Shown: positions 20,687 through 31,715, counted from the whole stretch's first letter. The stretch: DNA of 63,608 nt, filler included, from Nitrospinota bacterium (GCA_022562795.1; 3 parts of 3 records of this genome joined end to end with filler, not necessarily neighbours in it); one strand, 5' to 3'. Notes: generated by a model from the sequence alone, not told the origin. Program-made: numbers and translations.

Positions 20687-20765
20687 AATGTCAAGAGAAA
20701 GTTGGAAATAATCCCGGGAAAGTTGTAGATTATGGGGGCCAAGGTTGTAAATAAAGGAGTAGCTG

Positions 20766-21815
20766 GTGGCGAGAAGAAAACGAAAAGAGAAAATCAAGGA
20801 ATTCATTCTCAATAATGTAGAGTCGCACCCGAAGGAGATAAACAGGCTTGCGGCATCCAGGTTCGACATCTCCCGGACAGCCGTCAGCAATCACCTTCGG
20901 GATTTGGCTAATGAAGGATTGCTGATTGCCACAGGAAAGACAAAGGGCCGCAGATACCAATTGCTGAACATTGTAGATGAGAGGTTAGAACTCAATGTAG
21001 CTGAAAACCAACAAGAAGACGTCGTTTGGAGGGAAAGAATCCTGCCATTAATGGACGGGATCAAAAAAAACGTTCGGGACATCTGCCAATATGGATTTAC
21101 TGAAATCTATAACAATGTGATAGACCACTCTGCCTCGGATTCCTCGATGATTAAAATAAAGCGCAATGCCGCCCAGGTCAGCCTGGAAGTAATTGATACA
21201 GGGGTTGGAATATGGAATAAGCTGCAATCGGAGCTGAATCTACTTGACCCAAGACACGCATTGTTAGAGCTGTCAAAGGGAAAGGTAACAACGGATGAAG
21301 AAAGACACACAGGGGAGGGTATATTCTTTACATCTCGAATGTTTGACAAGTTTTCAATAGACTCAGGCACACTCCTATATTCAAAGGAAAGAATAAGAGA
21401 TGACTGGTTAATAGAAGTTGAAGAATCGCCCCCACTAGAAGGAACAGCCGTCTCCATGGAAATTCGTACGGCAACGGATATAACAAGGACGGAGGTATTC
21501 GATAAATTCGCATCTGAACACCACGATTATGGATTCACACGGACACATGTTCCTCTGAAATTGCTCAAATATGAAGGGGAGGAGCTTGTGTCACGTTCCC
21601 AGGCAAGGCGATTGCTGGCGCGCCTGGAGGGCTTTCTAGAAGTATTCTTAGATTTTGATGGGATAACTACAATTGGACAAGCATTTGCAGATGAGATATT
21701 TCGAGTCTACAGAAATGAGCATCCAAATATAGCAATTATCGCCGTCCGCATTACACCAAGGGTAAGGGAAATAATTGACCGAGCGCTTAAGGCCCACAGA
21801 GAAAACATGATTTAG
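20766..21815 (+). CDS. HTH + HATPase_c + STAS-like (DUF4325) protein
   Basis: N-terminal HTH (ISRTAVSNHLRDL), TEIYNNVIDH, DTGVGI, HTGEGIFF, VSRSQARRL, LDF.G...IGQAFADEIFR; low GC. Confidence 0.88.
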   Translation: MARRKRKEKIKEFILNNVESHPKEINRLAASRFDISRTAVSNHLRDLANEGLLIATGKTKGRRYQLLNIVDERLELNVAENQQEDVVWRERILPLMDGIKKNVRDICQYGFTEIYNNVIDHSASDSSMIKIKRNAAQVSLEVIDTGVGIWNKLQSELNLLDPRHALLELSKGKVTTDEERHTGEGIFFTSRMFDKFSIDSGTLLYSKERIRDDWLIEVEESPPLEGTAVSMEIRTATDITRTEVFDKFASEHHDYGFTRTHVPLKLLKYEGEELVSRSQARRLLARLEGFLEVFLDFDGITTIGQAFADEIFRVYRNEHPNIAIIAVRITPRVREIIDRALKAHRENMI

Positions 21816-22100
21816 TGTTTTTGTCTCCTCCATCTTAGTCTCGCAGCTTTTTGGGCGATTTCTGGTGAAATATTGACTTTTCCGGTGGATGGGCGGATTC
21901 AATATATCCTGGGACTATATGCCCTCCTTGGCAACCTCTCACAGTCGGAGTACACTCTCTCATACTCTCAGAGGACACCCTGTAACATGACTCTCTACCC
22001 TAACAATCCTGACGTGGAGAAGCGGGAGATGCTACGTGTAGATGGGATAATCGTAACCTGCACTTAGAACGTAAACCCATCAATACAAAGTTGGCCAGTA

Positions 22101-22200
22101 NNNNNNNNNNNNNNNNNNNNNNNNNNNNNNNNNNNNNNNNNNNNTTAATTAATTAANNNNNNNNNNNNNNNNNNNNNNNNNNNNNNNNNNNNNNNNNNNN
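22101..22200. other. Assembly gap/contig join with artificial TTAATTAATTAA linker
   Basis: N runs flanking an all-frame stop linker. Confidence 0.98.
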
Positions 22201-22243
22201 CCTTTCCTTGAGTTTTTGCGAGACGGACCGGCGAGCTGTTCAC

Positions 22244-22281
22244 AAAAAAACCGCACGGCGTACAACAGACGCCTGTGCGGT
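22244..22281 (-). terminator. Intrinsic terminator-like hairpin
   Basis: Minus strand ACCGCACAGGCGT-loop-ACGCCGTGCGG followed by U7. Confidence 0.7.
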
Positions 22282-22461
22282 GGCCTGTCGTTCTTGCGTC
22301 GTTCTTGCCTAGTCTATCTCTTGCTCTCCAAACAATAGGACAAATGGCGGAAGAAAGCAAGGCTTGTTTTTGGGTCTTAGCTGATAATATTTTCCCAGGT
22401 AATCTTAACTCTGGCCATCCAACCGAAAAGTTAAGATTACAACAGTTATTGCCCCTGGCGC

Positions 22462-22941
22462 CTACGATGCGCCGGGGCCGGTGGCCTGGACGTAGCGCAT
22501 CCGGAGGTCGTAGAGGAGGCTTTCCAGGAGCTGGCTCTCGTCGTCGTCGAGGTTGCCCTTGGTTTTGTCCTGAATGACTCCAAGGAGGTCTATGGCGTGT
22601 TTGGCTCCCGGAAGGTTCTTCTCGAACTTCTCACCCGCAGCGGCGTCTGGCTGCTCGCCCATACAGAGCAAGGCCTGGGTGCCTAGGAAGACCACCAGGT
22701 AGTGGAAGTCGGGTGGCGGCAGCTCCTCCTCGGGCGGAGCCTCAGCTTCGGGAGTGGCCTCAGGCTGGGGGGGAGCCTCAACCTCGGAGGGAGCCTCAGG
22801 CTCAGGGGGGGTAGAGGGCGCTTCGGGCTCAGCCGGGGAGGGCTCTTGGGCCTCCTCGCGCGCCCAGTGGCGCCGGTCAGTTATTTTAAATCCTCTCTCC
22901 TCCGATTCTTCGGGAGAGTCGCTTTCGCGGTCCTTTGCCAT
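22462..22941 (-). CDS. DUF1844 domain protein
   Basis: A...LG/MG..PD, AKHAIDLL..IQDKTKGNL..DE..LL..LLYDLRMRYV. Confidence 0.9.
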   Translation of the reverse strand: MAKDRESDSPEESEERGFKITDRRHWAREEAQEPSPAEPEAPSTPPEPEAPSEVEAPPQPEATPEAEAPPEEELPPPDFHYLVVFLGTQALLCMGEQPDAAAGEKFEKNLPGAKHAIDLLGVIQDKTKGNLDDDESQLLESLLYDLRMRYVQATGPGAS

Positions 22942-22954
22942 CTACGCTTCCTTT

Positions 22955-24076
22955 CTAGAGGGAGTCCTTAAACCGGTCAAATAAGCCCTTGGACTTTGGC
23001 TTCACATCGCTGTCACTGAGTTTAGCGAACTGCCTGAGAAGGTCCTCCCGCTCGGGGGTTAAGTCGCTCGGGGTCTCGACGTGGATCTGTATATGCAGGT
23101 CGCCCCTGCGACGGTTGCGGAGGCTGACCGCACCTGCTCTTGGTATAGTGAGGACCTTGCCGCTTTGGATTCCACGGGGGATTTTTAACTTTTCCGTGCT
23201 GTTGAGCGTCGGCACCTCGATTTCCGCCCCAAGCGCCGCCTGAGGAAAGGAGATGGGGACGATACAGTGGAAATCATCACCGTGGCGTTCGAAAAAGGGG
23301 TGAGGCTGGACCTGGAGCACCACGTAGAGGTCGCCGGGCGGACCGCTCCCCGCCCCAGGCTCCCCCTCCCCCGAGAGACGAAGCCGCGAGCCGCTTTCAA
23401 CTCCCCCCGGCACCTGGACGGTGAGCGTCTTCTCCTCTGTGGTGCGACCCTCACCACGACAGGCTGGGCAAGGATGGTGGATGACCCTGCCGGCGCCCTG
23501 GCACTGAGGGCAGGTCGTAGAGAGGCTTACGAAGCCCTGGCTCCGTGTAACGGCGCCTCTCCCCCCGCAGGTCGAGCAGGTGTCGGGATAGGTGCCAGGC
23601 GCACAGCGGTTGCCGCCGCAAGCCGAGCATACACCGGCTCGCTCGAAGGTGATGACCTTCTCCGTGCCCAGGGCGGCTTCCTCGAAGGCAATTTCCATGT
23701 CGTAGCGGAGGTCGGCACCCCGATCGACGCCCGCCCGGCGACGGGTCCCAAAGCCGCCAAAGGTGCCGGCTCCGAAGAGGTCCTCAAAGATGTCGCCGAA
23801 GTGGGATAGGATATCTTCGAAGCCCGTAAAGCCCGTAAACCCGCTTTGCTGGAGCCCGTCGTGACCGAAGCGGTCGTACAGGGCCCGCTTTTCATTGTCG
23901 TGTAGGACCTCGTAGGCCTCTGAAGCCTCCTTAAAGTGCTCCTCGGCTTCTTTATCGCCCGGGTTGCGGTCGGGATGGTACTTCAGGGCCTGCTGTCGGT
24001 AGGCCTTCTTAATATCCTGCTCAGACGCATCCCGGCGGACGCCTAAAATCTCATAGTAATCCCGCTTCGATATCAT
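22955..24076 (-). CDS. dnaJ: Chaperone DnaJ (class A)
   Basis: J domain with HPD, G/F region, four CxxCxGxG-type motifs. Confidence 0.96.
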   Translation of the reverse strand: MISKRDYYEILGVRRDASEQDIKKAYRQQALKYHPDRNPGDKEAEEHFKEASEAYEVLHDNEKRALYDRFGHDGLQQSGFTGFTGFEDILSHFGDIFEDLFGAGTFGGFGTRRRAGVDRGADLRYDMEIAFEEAALGTEKVITFERAGVCSACGGNRCAPGTYPDTCSTCGGRGAVTRSQGFVSLSTTCPQCQGAGRVIHHPCPACRGEGRTTEEKTLTVQVPGGVESGSRLRLSGEGEPGAGSGPPGDLYVVLQVQPHPFFERHGDDFHCIVPISFPQAALGAEIEVPTLNSTEKLKIPRGIQSGKVLTIPRAGAVSLRNRRRGDLHIQIHVETPSDLTPEREDLLRQFAKLSDSDVKPKSKGLFDRFKDSL

Positions 24077-24079
24077 CCG

Positions 24080-24352
24080 TTAGTCCTCAGCCGAGGAGCT
24101 CCCAGAAGGTGCGTCGGAGGAGGGGGGCGCATCCTCGCCTCCGCCTTTTTCTGCTTTCATCGCGGCTTTTCGGGAAGCCGAAGGGTAATCGTTGACGTAG
24201 AATCCCTCGCCCTTAAGAATGAATCCCACAGGGGAGAGAATCCGAGGGGCCCGACTGCCGCAGGTGGGGCACGCGCGGCTCTTAGGGCTTTTTCCTCGCT
24301 CGAGCTTTTCGAAGCGATGTCCCTGGGAACACTCGTACTCAAATATCGGCAT
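24080..24352 (-). CDS. FmdB-family zinc-ribbon protein
   Basis: MPIFEYEC..GH.FE...CPTCG...LKG.GFYVNDY. Confidence 0.88.
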   Translation of the reverse strand: MPIFEYECSQGHRFEKLERGKSPKSRACPTCGSRAPRILSPVGFILKGEGFYVNDYPSASRKAAMKAEKGGGEDAPPSSDAPSGSSSAED

Positions 24353-24359
24353 TGATCTC

Positions 24360-25025
24360 CTAGTCTCCTTTAGGGGAACCGGCAGCGTATCGGCCCACCC
24401 GGACCTGAGCAGCCCTAAGCAGGTGGTCTCTGTAGAGGTAGCCGGGGCAGAGCTCCTCGACCACCTTGTTATCTTGGTCCGCAGCCTCCACCGCCACCAC
24501 ATCCATGGCTTCGTGGATCGCCGGATCGAACGGCTCTCCAACCGAGGCAATCCGCTCGATGCCTTCTGATTGAAGCCTCTGGAGAAAGAGGTCCCGCACC
24601 ATAATGATGCCCTTGAGGAGCCCTTCGTAGTCCTGGTGATTTTCACCAGTGGCAAGAGCCCGCTCCATGTTATCGAGGACGGGCAGGAGCCCCGCGAAGA
24701 ACTCCTGCTTGTCGCGCTCCAGCCGCCGCTCCATATCCTGGGCCAGACGAGCGCGGGCCGCCTCCATCTCCTCCTTCACCTTCTTATAGGAGGCGATGTA
24801 TTCTCTCAGGGTCGCGTCTTTCTCCTCGGCTTCTGCCTTGAGCTCTTCCACGTAGGTGGGCAGCCGCTCCTTAGGCTCGGTAGGCTCGGCGAGCTCATCG
24901 CCTCGCTGGCGGCGGGCCCAGTGGCGCCGGTCCGAAACGGTGAAGGACTTATCCTCTTCGCGTTGCGCGATTTCGGCCTGGGCCTCCTCCTCGGCCTTCT
25001 GCTTGGAATCCCCTGGCGGGCCCAT
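24360..25025 (-). CDS. grpE: Nucleotide exchange factor GrpE
   Basis: LLPVLDNMERAL, GEPFDP..HEA, GY...LLRAAQVRV. Confidence 0.95.
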   Translation of the reverse strand: MGPPGDSKQKAEEEAQAEIAQREEDKSFTVSDRRHWARRQRGDELAEPTEPKERLPTYVEELKAEAEEKDATLREYIASYKKVKEEMEAARARLAQDMERRLERDKQEFFAGLLPVLDNMERALATGENHQDYEGLLKGIIMVRDLFLQRLQSEGIERIASVGEPFDPAIHEAMDVVAVEAADQDNKVVEELCPGYLYRDHLLRAAQVRVGRYAAGSPKGD

Positions 25026-25052
25026 CGTACGCTCTCTTTCCTTCAGAGGTTG

Positions 25053-25919
25053 TTACCCTCTGGTTAATTCCATCAGCCGCTTGATGCGTTCCTCAACTGG
25101 AGGGTGGGTGCTGAAGAACCTCAGCATTGACCGGCCCCTGCTCCTGCTAAGGGGCTTGACTATAAAGAGGTGAGCGGTGGCCGGATTTCCGCCCTCGAGC
25201 GGCACCCTGCGGGATGCGTGGTCCAGCTTCTCGAGCGCCCGGGCGAGCCCCTTGGGGTTACCGGCTATCCAAGCCCCTGTGGCATCGGCCTGGTATTCCC
25301 GCGAGCGGCTAATGGTCATCTGAATCAGGAGGGCCGCTATGGGCGCCAAGATCGCCAAGACGATAAGGCCTATAGCTCCGCCGGGGGAGTCGTCATCGCC
25401 GGCAACGCCCCCGAAAAAGAACATGCTGAACATTAGCCATCGGGCCACCATCATGATAACGCCTGCGAGGGTCGCCGCGATAGTGCTGATTAGGATATCA
25501 CGGTTTCGGATGTGGCCGAGCTCGTGGGCGATCACGCCCTCTAGCTCCTCCTGGTCCATGAGTTCCAACAGCCCTTCGGTTACTGCGACCGCCGAGTTTT
25601 CCGGGTTGCGCCCGGTGGCGAAGGCGTTCGGGGTAGGCTGGGGGATGACGTAGACCTTCGGCATGGGAAGCTCCGCCCGCTGGGTGAGCCTTCTAACGGT
25701 GCCGAACAGGCTCGGGGCCTCGGCCTCGGAGACCTCCCGGGCCTTGTACATTCTAAGCACAATCTTGTCCGAGTACCAGTAGGCTCCGACGTTCATTACG
25801 ACTGCGAAGATGAAGGCGAAGATGAGACCCCCGCGCCCTCCCAGCCAATCGCCGATGAGCAGCACCAGGCCGGTCAGGGCCGCCAGGAGAAAGCCGGTCT
25901 TCAATGTGTTCCAGTTCAT
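25053..25919 (-). CDS. htpX: Zinc metalloprotease HtpX
   Basis: [29 protein letters not shown]. Confidence 0.96.
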   Translation of the reverse strand: MNWNTLKTGFLLAALTGLVLLIGDWLGGRGGLIFAFIFAVVMNVGAYWYSDKIVLRMYKAREVSEAEAPSLFGTVRRLTQRAELPMPKVYVIPQPTPNAFATGRNPENSAVAVTEGLLELMDQEELEGVIAHELGHIRNRDILISTIAATLAGVIMMVARWLMFSMFFFGGVAGDDDSPGGAIGLIVLAILAPIAALLIQMTISRSREYQADATGAWIAGNPKGLARALEKLDHASRRVPLEGGNPATAHLFIVKPLSRSRGRSMLRFFSTHPPVEERIKRLMELTRG

Positions 25920-25962
25920 CTTCCTTTACACTCCTTCCCTTTTCCAGGGATATCCACTATCT

Positions 25963-26055
25963 GCGATTTTCCGCTAATTTCCATTTTCCGCGATTTTCCG
26001 CGATTTTCCGAATAAGTCAATTTCCGCGATTTTCCGAAAATTTCCAATTTCCGAA
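25963..26055 (+). repeat. Degenerate ~10-bp tandem array (GCGATTTTCC consensus), copy 1
   Basis: About nine units ending TTTCC, including four exact GCGATTTTCC. Confidence 0.85.
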
Positions 26056-26059
26056 TATA

Positions 26060-27070
26060 TCATTTTTCGCGGGGTTTGTAGGCGGTCCGCTCTTCAAACT
26101 CCCTTATTAGCTCCTGGGAGCGCTCGTCTAGGTCCTTGGGCATCGTCACGTGGACTGTGACGTACTGGTCGCCGCGTCCGGAGCCCTTGAGCTTCTTGAT
26201 GCCTTTGCCGCGGAGGCGGAACTTTTGGCCCCCCTGAGTCCCAGGCGGTACGGTCATCGTGGTTGGGGCGTCAATCGTCGGCAGGGTGACCTTCGCTCCA
26301 GCGACCGCCTCTCCGACGGTAATGGGGACTGTCGTAAAGACATCCACACCCTGGCGGGCGAAGACCGGGTCGGGACGGACCTGCGTGATGATGAAGAGAT
26401 CGCCCGGCGGCCCGCCGTTGAGGCCAGGCTCGCCCTTGCCCCTGAGGCGAATCCTGCTTCCCGTGTCCACTCCTGCGGGTATCTTGACATTAAGGCGTTG
26501 GGTCTCTTTCGTCCGCCCGCGGCCGTAACAGACTCCGCAGAGTCCGCCGCCGCTCCGACCGCTGCCTCCGCACGAGCCACAGAGGCTCTCCTTCTCAAGG
26601 TTGAGGAGCCTAGTGGCGCCGTGGGCGGCCTCCAAGAAATCAATCTCCAAGTTGTATGTGACGTCCGTTCCCTGCCTGGGAGCATGTGCCTGCGAGGAGA
26701 TCCCCCCCCCGAAGGGCCCGCCGAAAAGGTCCTCCAGGCCACCGAATCCGCCCCGGCCGGAGCGCCCAAAGGGATCGAAGCCGAAACTGAAACCCCTCTC
26801 CTGAGCCACCCGCTCCCAGAAGGAAGAGAAGTCGAAGCCTTCGCCAAAGGCCTGGTGGCCCATTTGATCGTAGCGCTTGCGGGACTCGGGGTCGATGAGC
26901 ACATGATAGGCCTCCGAGATATCCTTAAACCGCTCCTCGGCTTCATTGTCTCCGGGGTTGACGTCCGGGTGGTACTTGCGGGCGAGCTTGCGGTACGTCT
27001 TCTTTATCTCCTCTGGGGAGGCGTTTTGCTTAAGCCCCAGGGTCTCGTAGTAGTTTTTAGCCTTATGCAT
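26060..27070 (-). CDS. Second DnaJ/CbpA-like protein with reduced zinc finger
   Basis: J domain HPD, G/F region, only two CxxCxGxG motifs, DnaJ C domains. Confidence 0.92.
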   Translation of the reverse strand: MHKAKNYYETLGLKQNASPEEIKKTYRKLARKYHPDVNPGDNEAEERFKDISEAYHVLIDPESRKRYDQMGHQAFGEGFDFSSFWERVAQERGFSFGFDPFGRSGRGGFGGLEDLFGGPFGGGISSQAHAPRQGTDVTYNLEIDFLEAAHGATRLLNLEKESLCGSCGGSGRSGGGLCGVCYGRGRTKETQRLNVKIPAGVDTGSRIRLRGKGEPGLNGGPPGDLFIITQVRPDPVFARQGVDVFTTVPITVGEAVAGAKVTLPTIDAPTTMTVPPGTQGGQKFRLRGKGIKKLKGSGRGDQYVTVHVTMPKDLDERSQELIREFEERTAYKPREK

Positions 27071-27098
27071 TGCCGCTCACCCCCTCGGGGGTTTCTTT

Positions 27099-28997
<1,899 letters not shown>

Positions 28998-29029
28998 GGG
29001 GCGGTTCCTCCTTCATCCTTGAATATGTG

Positions 29030-29089
29030 CTTTTACTCCCAAGTTATGAGTTCTAATGTAATATAATAATTGAGTTTTAACATGTCAAG
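29030..29089 (-). promoter_or_regulatory. dnaK promoter TTGACA-17-TATATT with HAIR-like and CIRCE-like sites
   Basis: CTTGACA-N7-ACTCAAT over the -35; TTAGAACTC-N9-GAGTAAAAG downstream of the -10. Confidence 0.7.
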
Positions 29090-29201
29090 GAGGCCTGTCT
29101 TTTGGTAACATCTTCAAACACAATGGTTTATCATGACCTGGAAAGTCACGGGATTCCTCTAAAGATGCTCTTGCCGACCAACACCTATTGCGTTGGGCAG
29201 T

Positions 29202-29232
29202 GAGAGAGGCCCCGGTACAAGGGGCCCTCTCC
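29202..29232. terminator. GC-rich hairpin after hsp20
   Basis: GAGAGGCCCC-loop-GGGGCCCTCTC; no clear U-tract. Confidence 0.45.
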
Positions 29233-29243
29233 CGTACGCATCT

Positions 29244-29696
29244 TCAGTTAGTCTCGATGGATACGGCCCGCCGTTTGGCCTCCGAAGCCTTAGGCAAGGT
29301 CACCTCCAGGAGACCGTTTTGAAGCCGGGCCTGGATCCCTTCGGAGTCTACTGAGCTCGGCAGGGTGAAGGAGCGCTCGAAAGCGCCGTTGAATCGCTCA
29401 ACCCTCCTGTAGCGCTCTCTCGTCTCATCGACCTCCTCCCGGCGCTCACCCTTGATGGTCAGCAGACCGTCATGGACCTCGACGGCAATATCCTCCTGGG
29501 CGAAGCCAGGGACTTCCGCCACGAGGACGAGCGCCTCGTCCGTCTCGGAGATATTGATGGGAGGCCGCGAGCGGTGCTGAGGTAACCCTCTTCCCAGCAA
29601 GCCAGGAGCGTTGCGTAGACCTTCCTCGATGAGCCGGTTTAGCGACTTGTTCACGGTTGTTAGACCCATCAAAGGCTCCCACAGTGTCAGTCTCAT
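29244..29696 (-). CDS. Small heat-shock protein Hsp20/alpha-crystallin
   Basis: P.INI.ET, AEVPG, ERFNGAFERSFTLP, A.LQNGLL.VTLPK; GAGGAGG RBS. Confidence 0.95.
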   Translation of the reverse strand: MRLTLWEPLMGLTTVNKSLNRLIEEGLRNAPGLLGRGLPQHRSRPPINISETDEALVLVAEVPGFAQEDIAVEVHDGLLTIKGERREEVDETRERYRRVERFNGAFERSFTLPSSVDSEGIQARLQNGLLEVTLPKASEAKRRAVSIETN

Positions 29697-29750
29697 TGTT
29701 GCACCTCCTCTCATTGTATGGTGAATGTTCGCGTAATTAAGTCTAATAAT

Positions 29751-29780
29751 AATATATGATATGAGTGATATATTGTCAAG
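29751..29780 (-). promoter_or_regulatory. hsp20 promoter TTGACA-17-TATATT with HAIR-like site
   Basis: CTTGACA-N7-ACTCATA, same geometry as the dnaK promoter. Confidence 0.7.
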
Positions 29781-29937
29781 TTATTTGTTTAGAAATATAT
29801 CATCTTTTGGATTTTCTCTATAACTAATTATGATTCAGTACCTTATCCGTTATAGAAATGAAGGTTGTGGGGTCGCAAGAAGGGTTCCGAGCCGCGTTGG
29901 CCAGCTTTTTGATAGACTACCGCCTCCATCCTCACGG

Positions 29938-31209
29938 CTAGCCCATCAGACGGACGAGAAAGAGGGTGAGGTCGGGCACGTAGGTAATGATGATGAGCGC
30001 GAGAAGCCGAATCCAGAGAAAAGGAAGGGCCGCAAAGTAGAGGTCCACCACAGGCTTGGAGAACCGGAAGCTCGCGATGAAGAGGTTGATACCCACCGGT
30101 GGGGTGGCAAAGCCAATCTCGAGGTTGGTGAGGAAGATTATTCCCAGGTGGACTGGGTCCACCCCAAATTCCATGGCGATGGGGAGGATGAGGGGCACCA
30201 CGACGATGATGGCGCTGAAGATGTCCATCAGGCACCCCACTATGAGGAGAAAAATGTTGAGGGCGATGAGGAAGGTCACCTTGCTCGTCAAGTATGTTCG
30301 CATGAGGTCGAACAAGACCAAGGGGACTTCTTGGTCGATGAGGAAGTTCGTGAAGCCCAAAGCCACACCCAAAATGATGAGGATGCCCCCAACGAGAACC
30401 ATGCTTTCGAGCATGACCCGAGGGACGTCCTTCTTCAGCGAAAGGTCTTTGTAGATAAAGACTTCTACGATGAGAACGTAGAAGGCGGTAATGGCGGCGG
30501 CCTCCGTTGCGGTGAAGTAGCCGCCGTAGATCCCGCCGAGAACCAGGAAGGGCAGAGGAATTTCGAAAGCCGCCTCCCGGGCCGCACGCCCCAGGGCATC
30601 CCAGCGAAACGGCACTGTGGGTACCTTGGCCCGGTGGCCCACATGCATGCAATAGACCGACAGCAAAAGGACCAGCAGGATGCCAGGCACGATCCCGGCG
30701 ATAAAGAGCTTATCGACGCTCGTGCGGGCGACGAGCCCGTAGAGGATAAGAGGCAGGCTTGGGGCGAAGAGGACGCCCAGGGAGCCCGAGGCGGTCACCA
30801 GCCCGAGGCTGAACCTCTCCGGGTAGGCCTCCCGGATCAGGGCCGGGTAGAGGAGGCCGCCAAGGGCGATGATTGTCACCCCACTGGCGCCGGTGAAGGC
30901 GGTGAAAATGGCGCAGACAATGAGCGTTACCACTCCCAACCCACCGGAAACCCAGCCAAAACAAGCCCGGGCCAGGTTGACGAGCCGGGTCGGTGTGCCG
31001 CTTTCGGCCATCAGGTAGCCGGCAAAGGTGAAAAGCGGAATGGCCAGCAGTGTGGGGGCCGAAGCCATCCGGTAGAGCTCGATAATGACCGCCGCCGTGT
31101 CGATCCCGATCCACCAGAAGGCGACGAGGGCCGCCGCTCCGATGACGGTGAATAGCGGCGCGCCCAGCAGAGCCAAGGCGAGGATTGCGAGGCCGAGTAG
31201 GAGAGTCAC
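29938..31209 (-). CDS. dctM: TRAP transporter large permease DctM
   Basis: LLAIPLF..AG, G.LG.L.APS, GG.FTATEAA, PVHLG, TPPVG.NLF. Confidence 0.93.
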   Translation of the reverse strand: MTLLLGLAILALALLGAPLFTVIGAAALVAFWWIGIDTAAVIIELYRMASAPTLLAIPLFTFAGYLMAESGTPTRLVNLARACFGWVSGGLGVVTLIVCAIFTAFTGASGVTIIALGGLLYPALIREAYPERFSLGLVTASGSLGVLFAPSLPLILYGLVARTSVDKLFIAGIVPGILLVLLLSVYCMHVGHRAKVPTVPFRWDALGRAAREAAFEIPLPFLVLGGIYGGYFTATEAAAITAFYVLIVEVFIYKDLSLKKDVPRVMLESMVLVGGILIILGVALGFTNFLIDQEVPLVLFDLMRTYLTSKVTFLIALNIFLLIVGCLMDIFSAIIVVVPLILPIAMEFGVDPVHLGIIFLTNLEIGFATPPVGINLFIASFRFSKPVVDLYFAALPFLWIRLLALIIITYVPDLTLFLVRLMG

Positions 31210-31715
31210 GAAGCGGCTTCCTCCGGGCCTCGCTCCTCAAGCCGACCGAGGGCGAACAGGGCGGAGCGTAGCCCGAAGCGGAAGGCTATGAGTCCAAAGC
31301 CTACGGGGATGATGACCTGCGCCCACCACGCAGGAAAACCTTGAAGCAGGAGGCCCTGGCCCAGGCGCTCGGCCGCTACGAAGGTCCATGCGGCGTTGGC
31401 CAGGAACAGACAGATGATGCAGGCCGCCAAACTGAGGGCTGTGGACAGCCACCGCCGCGCCATCGGCGGCAAAAAGCGGCTCGCCACGTCAATGGCGATG
31501 TGGCGTCCCTGCCGGGTGGCGAGGCTCGCTCCCAAAAAGGCCGCCCATAGCACCATGTGGCGCAAGACGATGTCGGCCCACGGCAGGCCCAGCCGGAAGA
31601 TGTTGCGCAGCACCACTTGGGCGAAGGCGAGCCCCACCATGAGGCTCACAAGCCCAATCAGGGACCAGCTTTCGACAGTAGCCAGCCAGTCATCCAGGCG
31701 CTGGAGGGCCTTCAT
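31206..31715 (-). CDS. dctQ: TRAP transporter small permease DctQ
   Basis: QVVLR, PWAD..LR, HIAIDV; four TMs. Confidence 0.9.
   Translation of the reverse strand: MKALQRLDDWLATVESWSLIGLVSLMVGLAFAQVVLRNIFRLGLPWADIVLRHMVLWAAFLGASLATRQGRHIAIDVASRFLPPMARRWLSTALSLAACIICLFLANAAWTFVAAERLGQGLLLQGFPAWWAQVIIPVGFGLIAFRFGLRSALFALGRLEERGPEEAAS

Noticed and set aside
22101-22200. TTAATTAATTAA palindrome inside N runs (also at 43796-43895)
   Set aside because: Artificial all-frame stop linker joining contigs; not biological
22443-22458. 16-bp exact match CAGTTATTGCCCCTGG to the reverse complement of 62980-62995
   Set aside because: About one 16-mer match is expected by chance in 64 kb over both strands; flanks do not align
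25963-26055. Repeat arrays as CRISPR or iteron origin
   Set aside because: Units are ~10 bp, contiguous, with no unique spacers; no cas or rep gene nearby
29830-31155. 441-aa plus-strand ORF and other long antisense ORFs (2266-3480, 26150-27253, 45258-46484)
   Set aside because: Shadow frames of well-supported genes in GC-rich DNA, with no recognisable motifs
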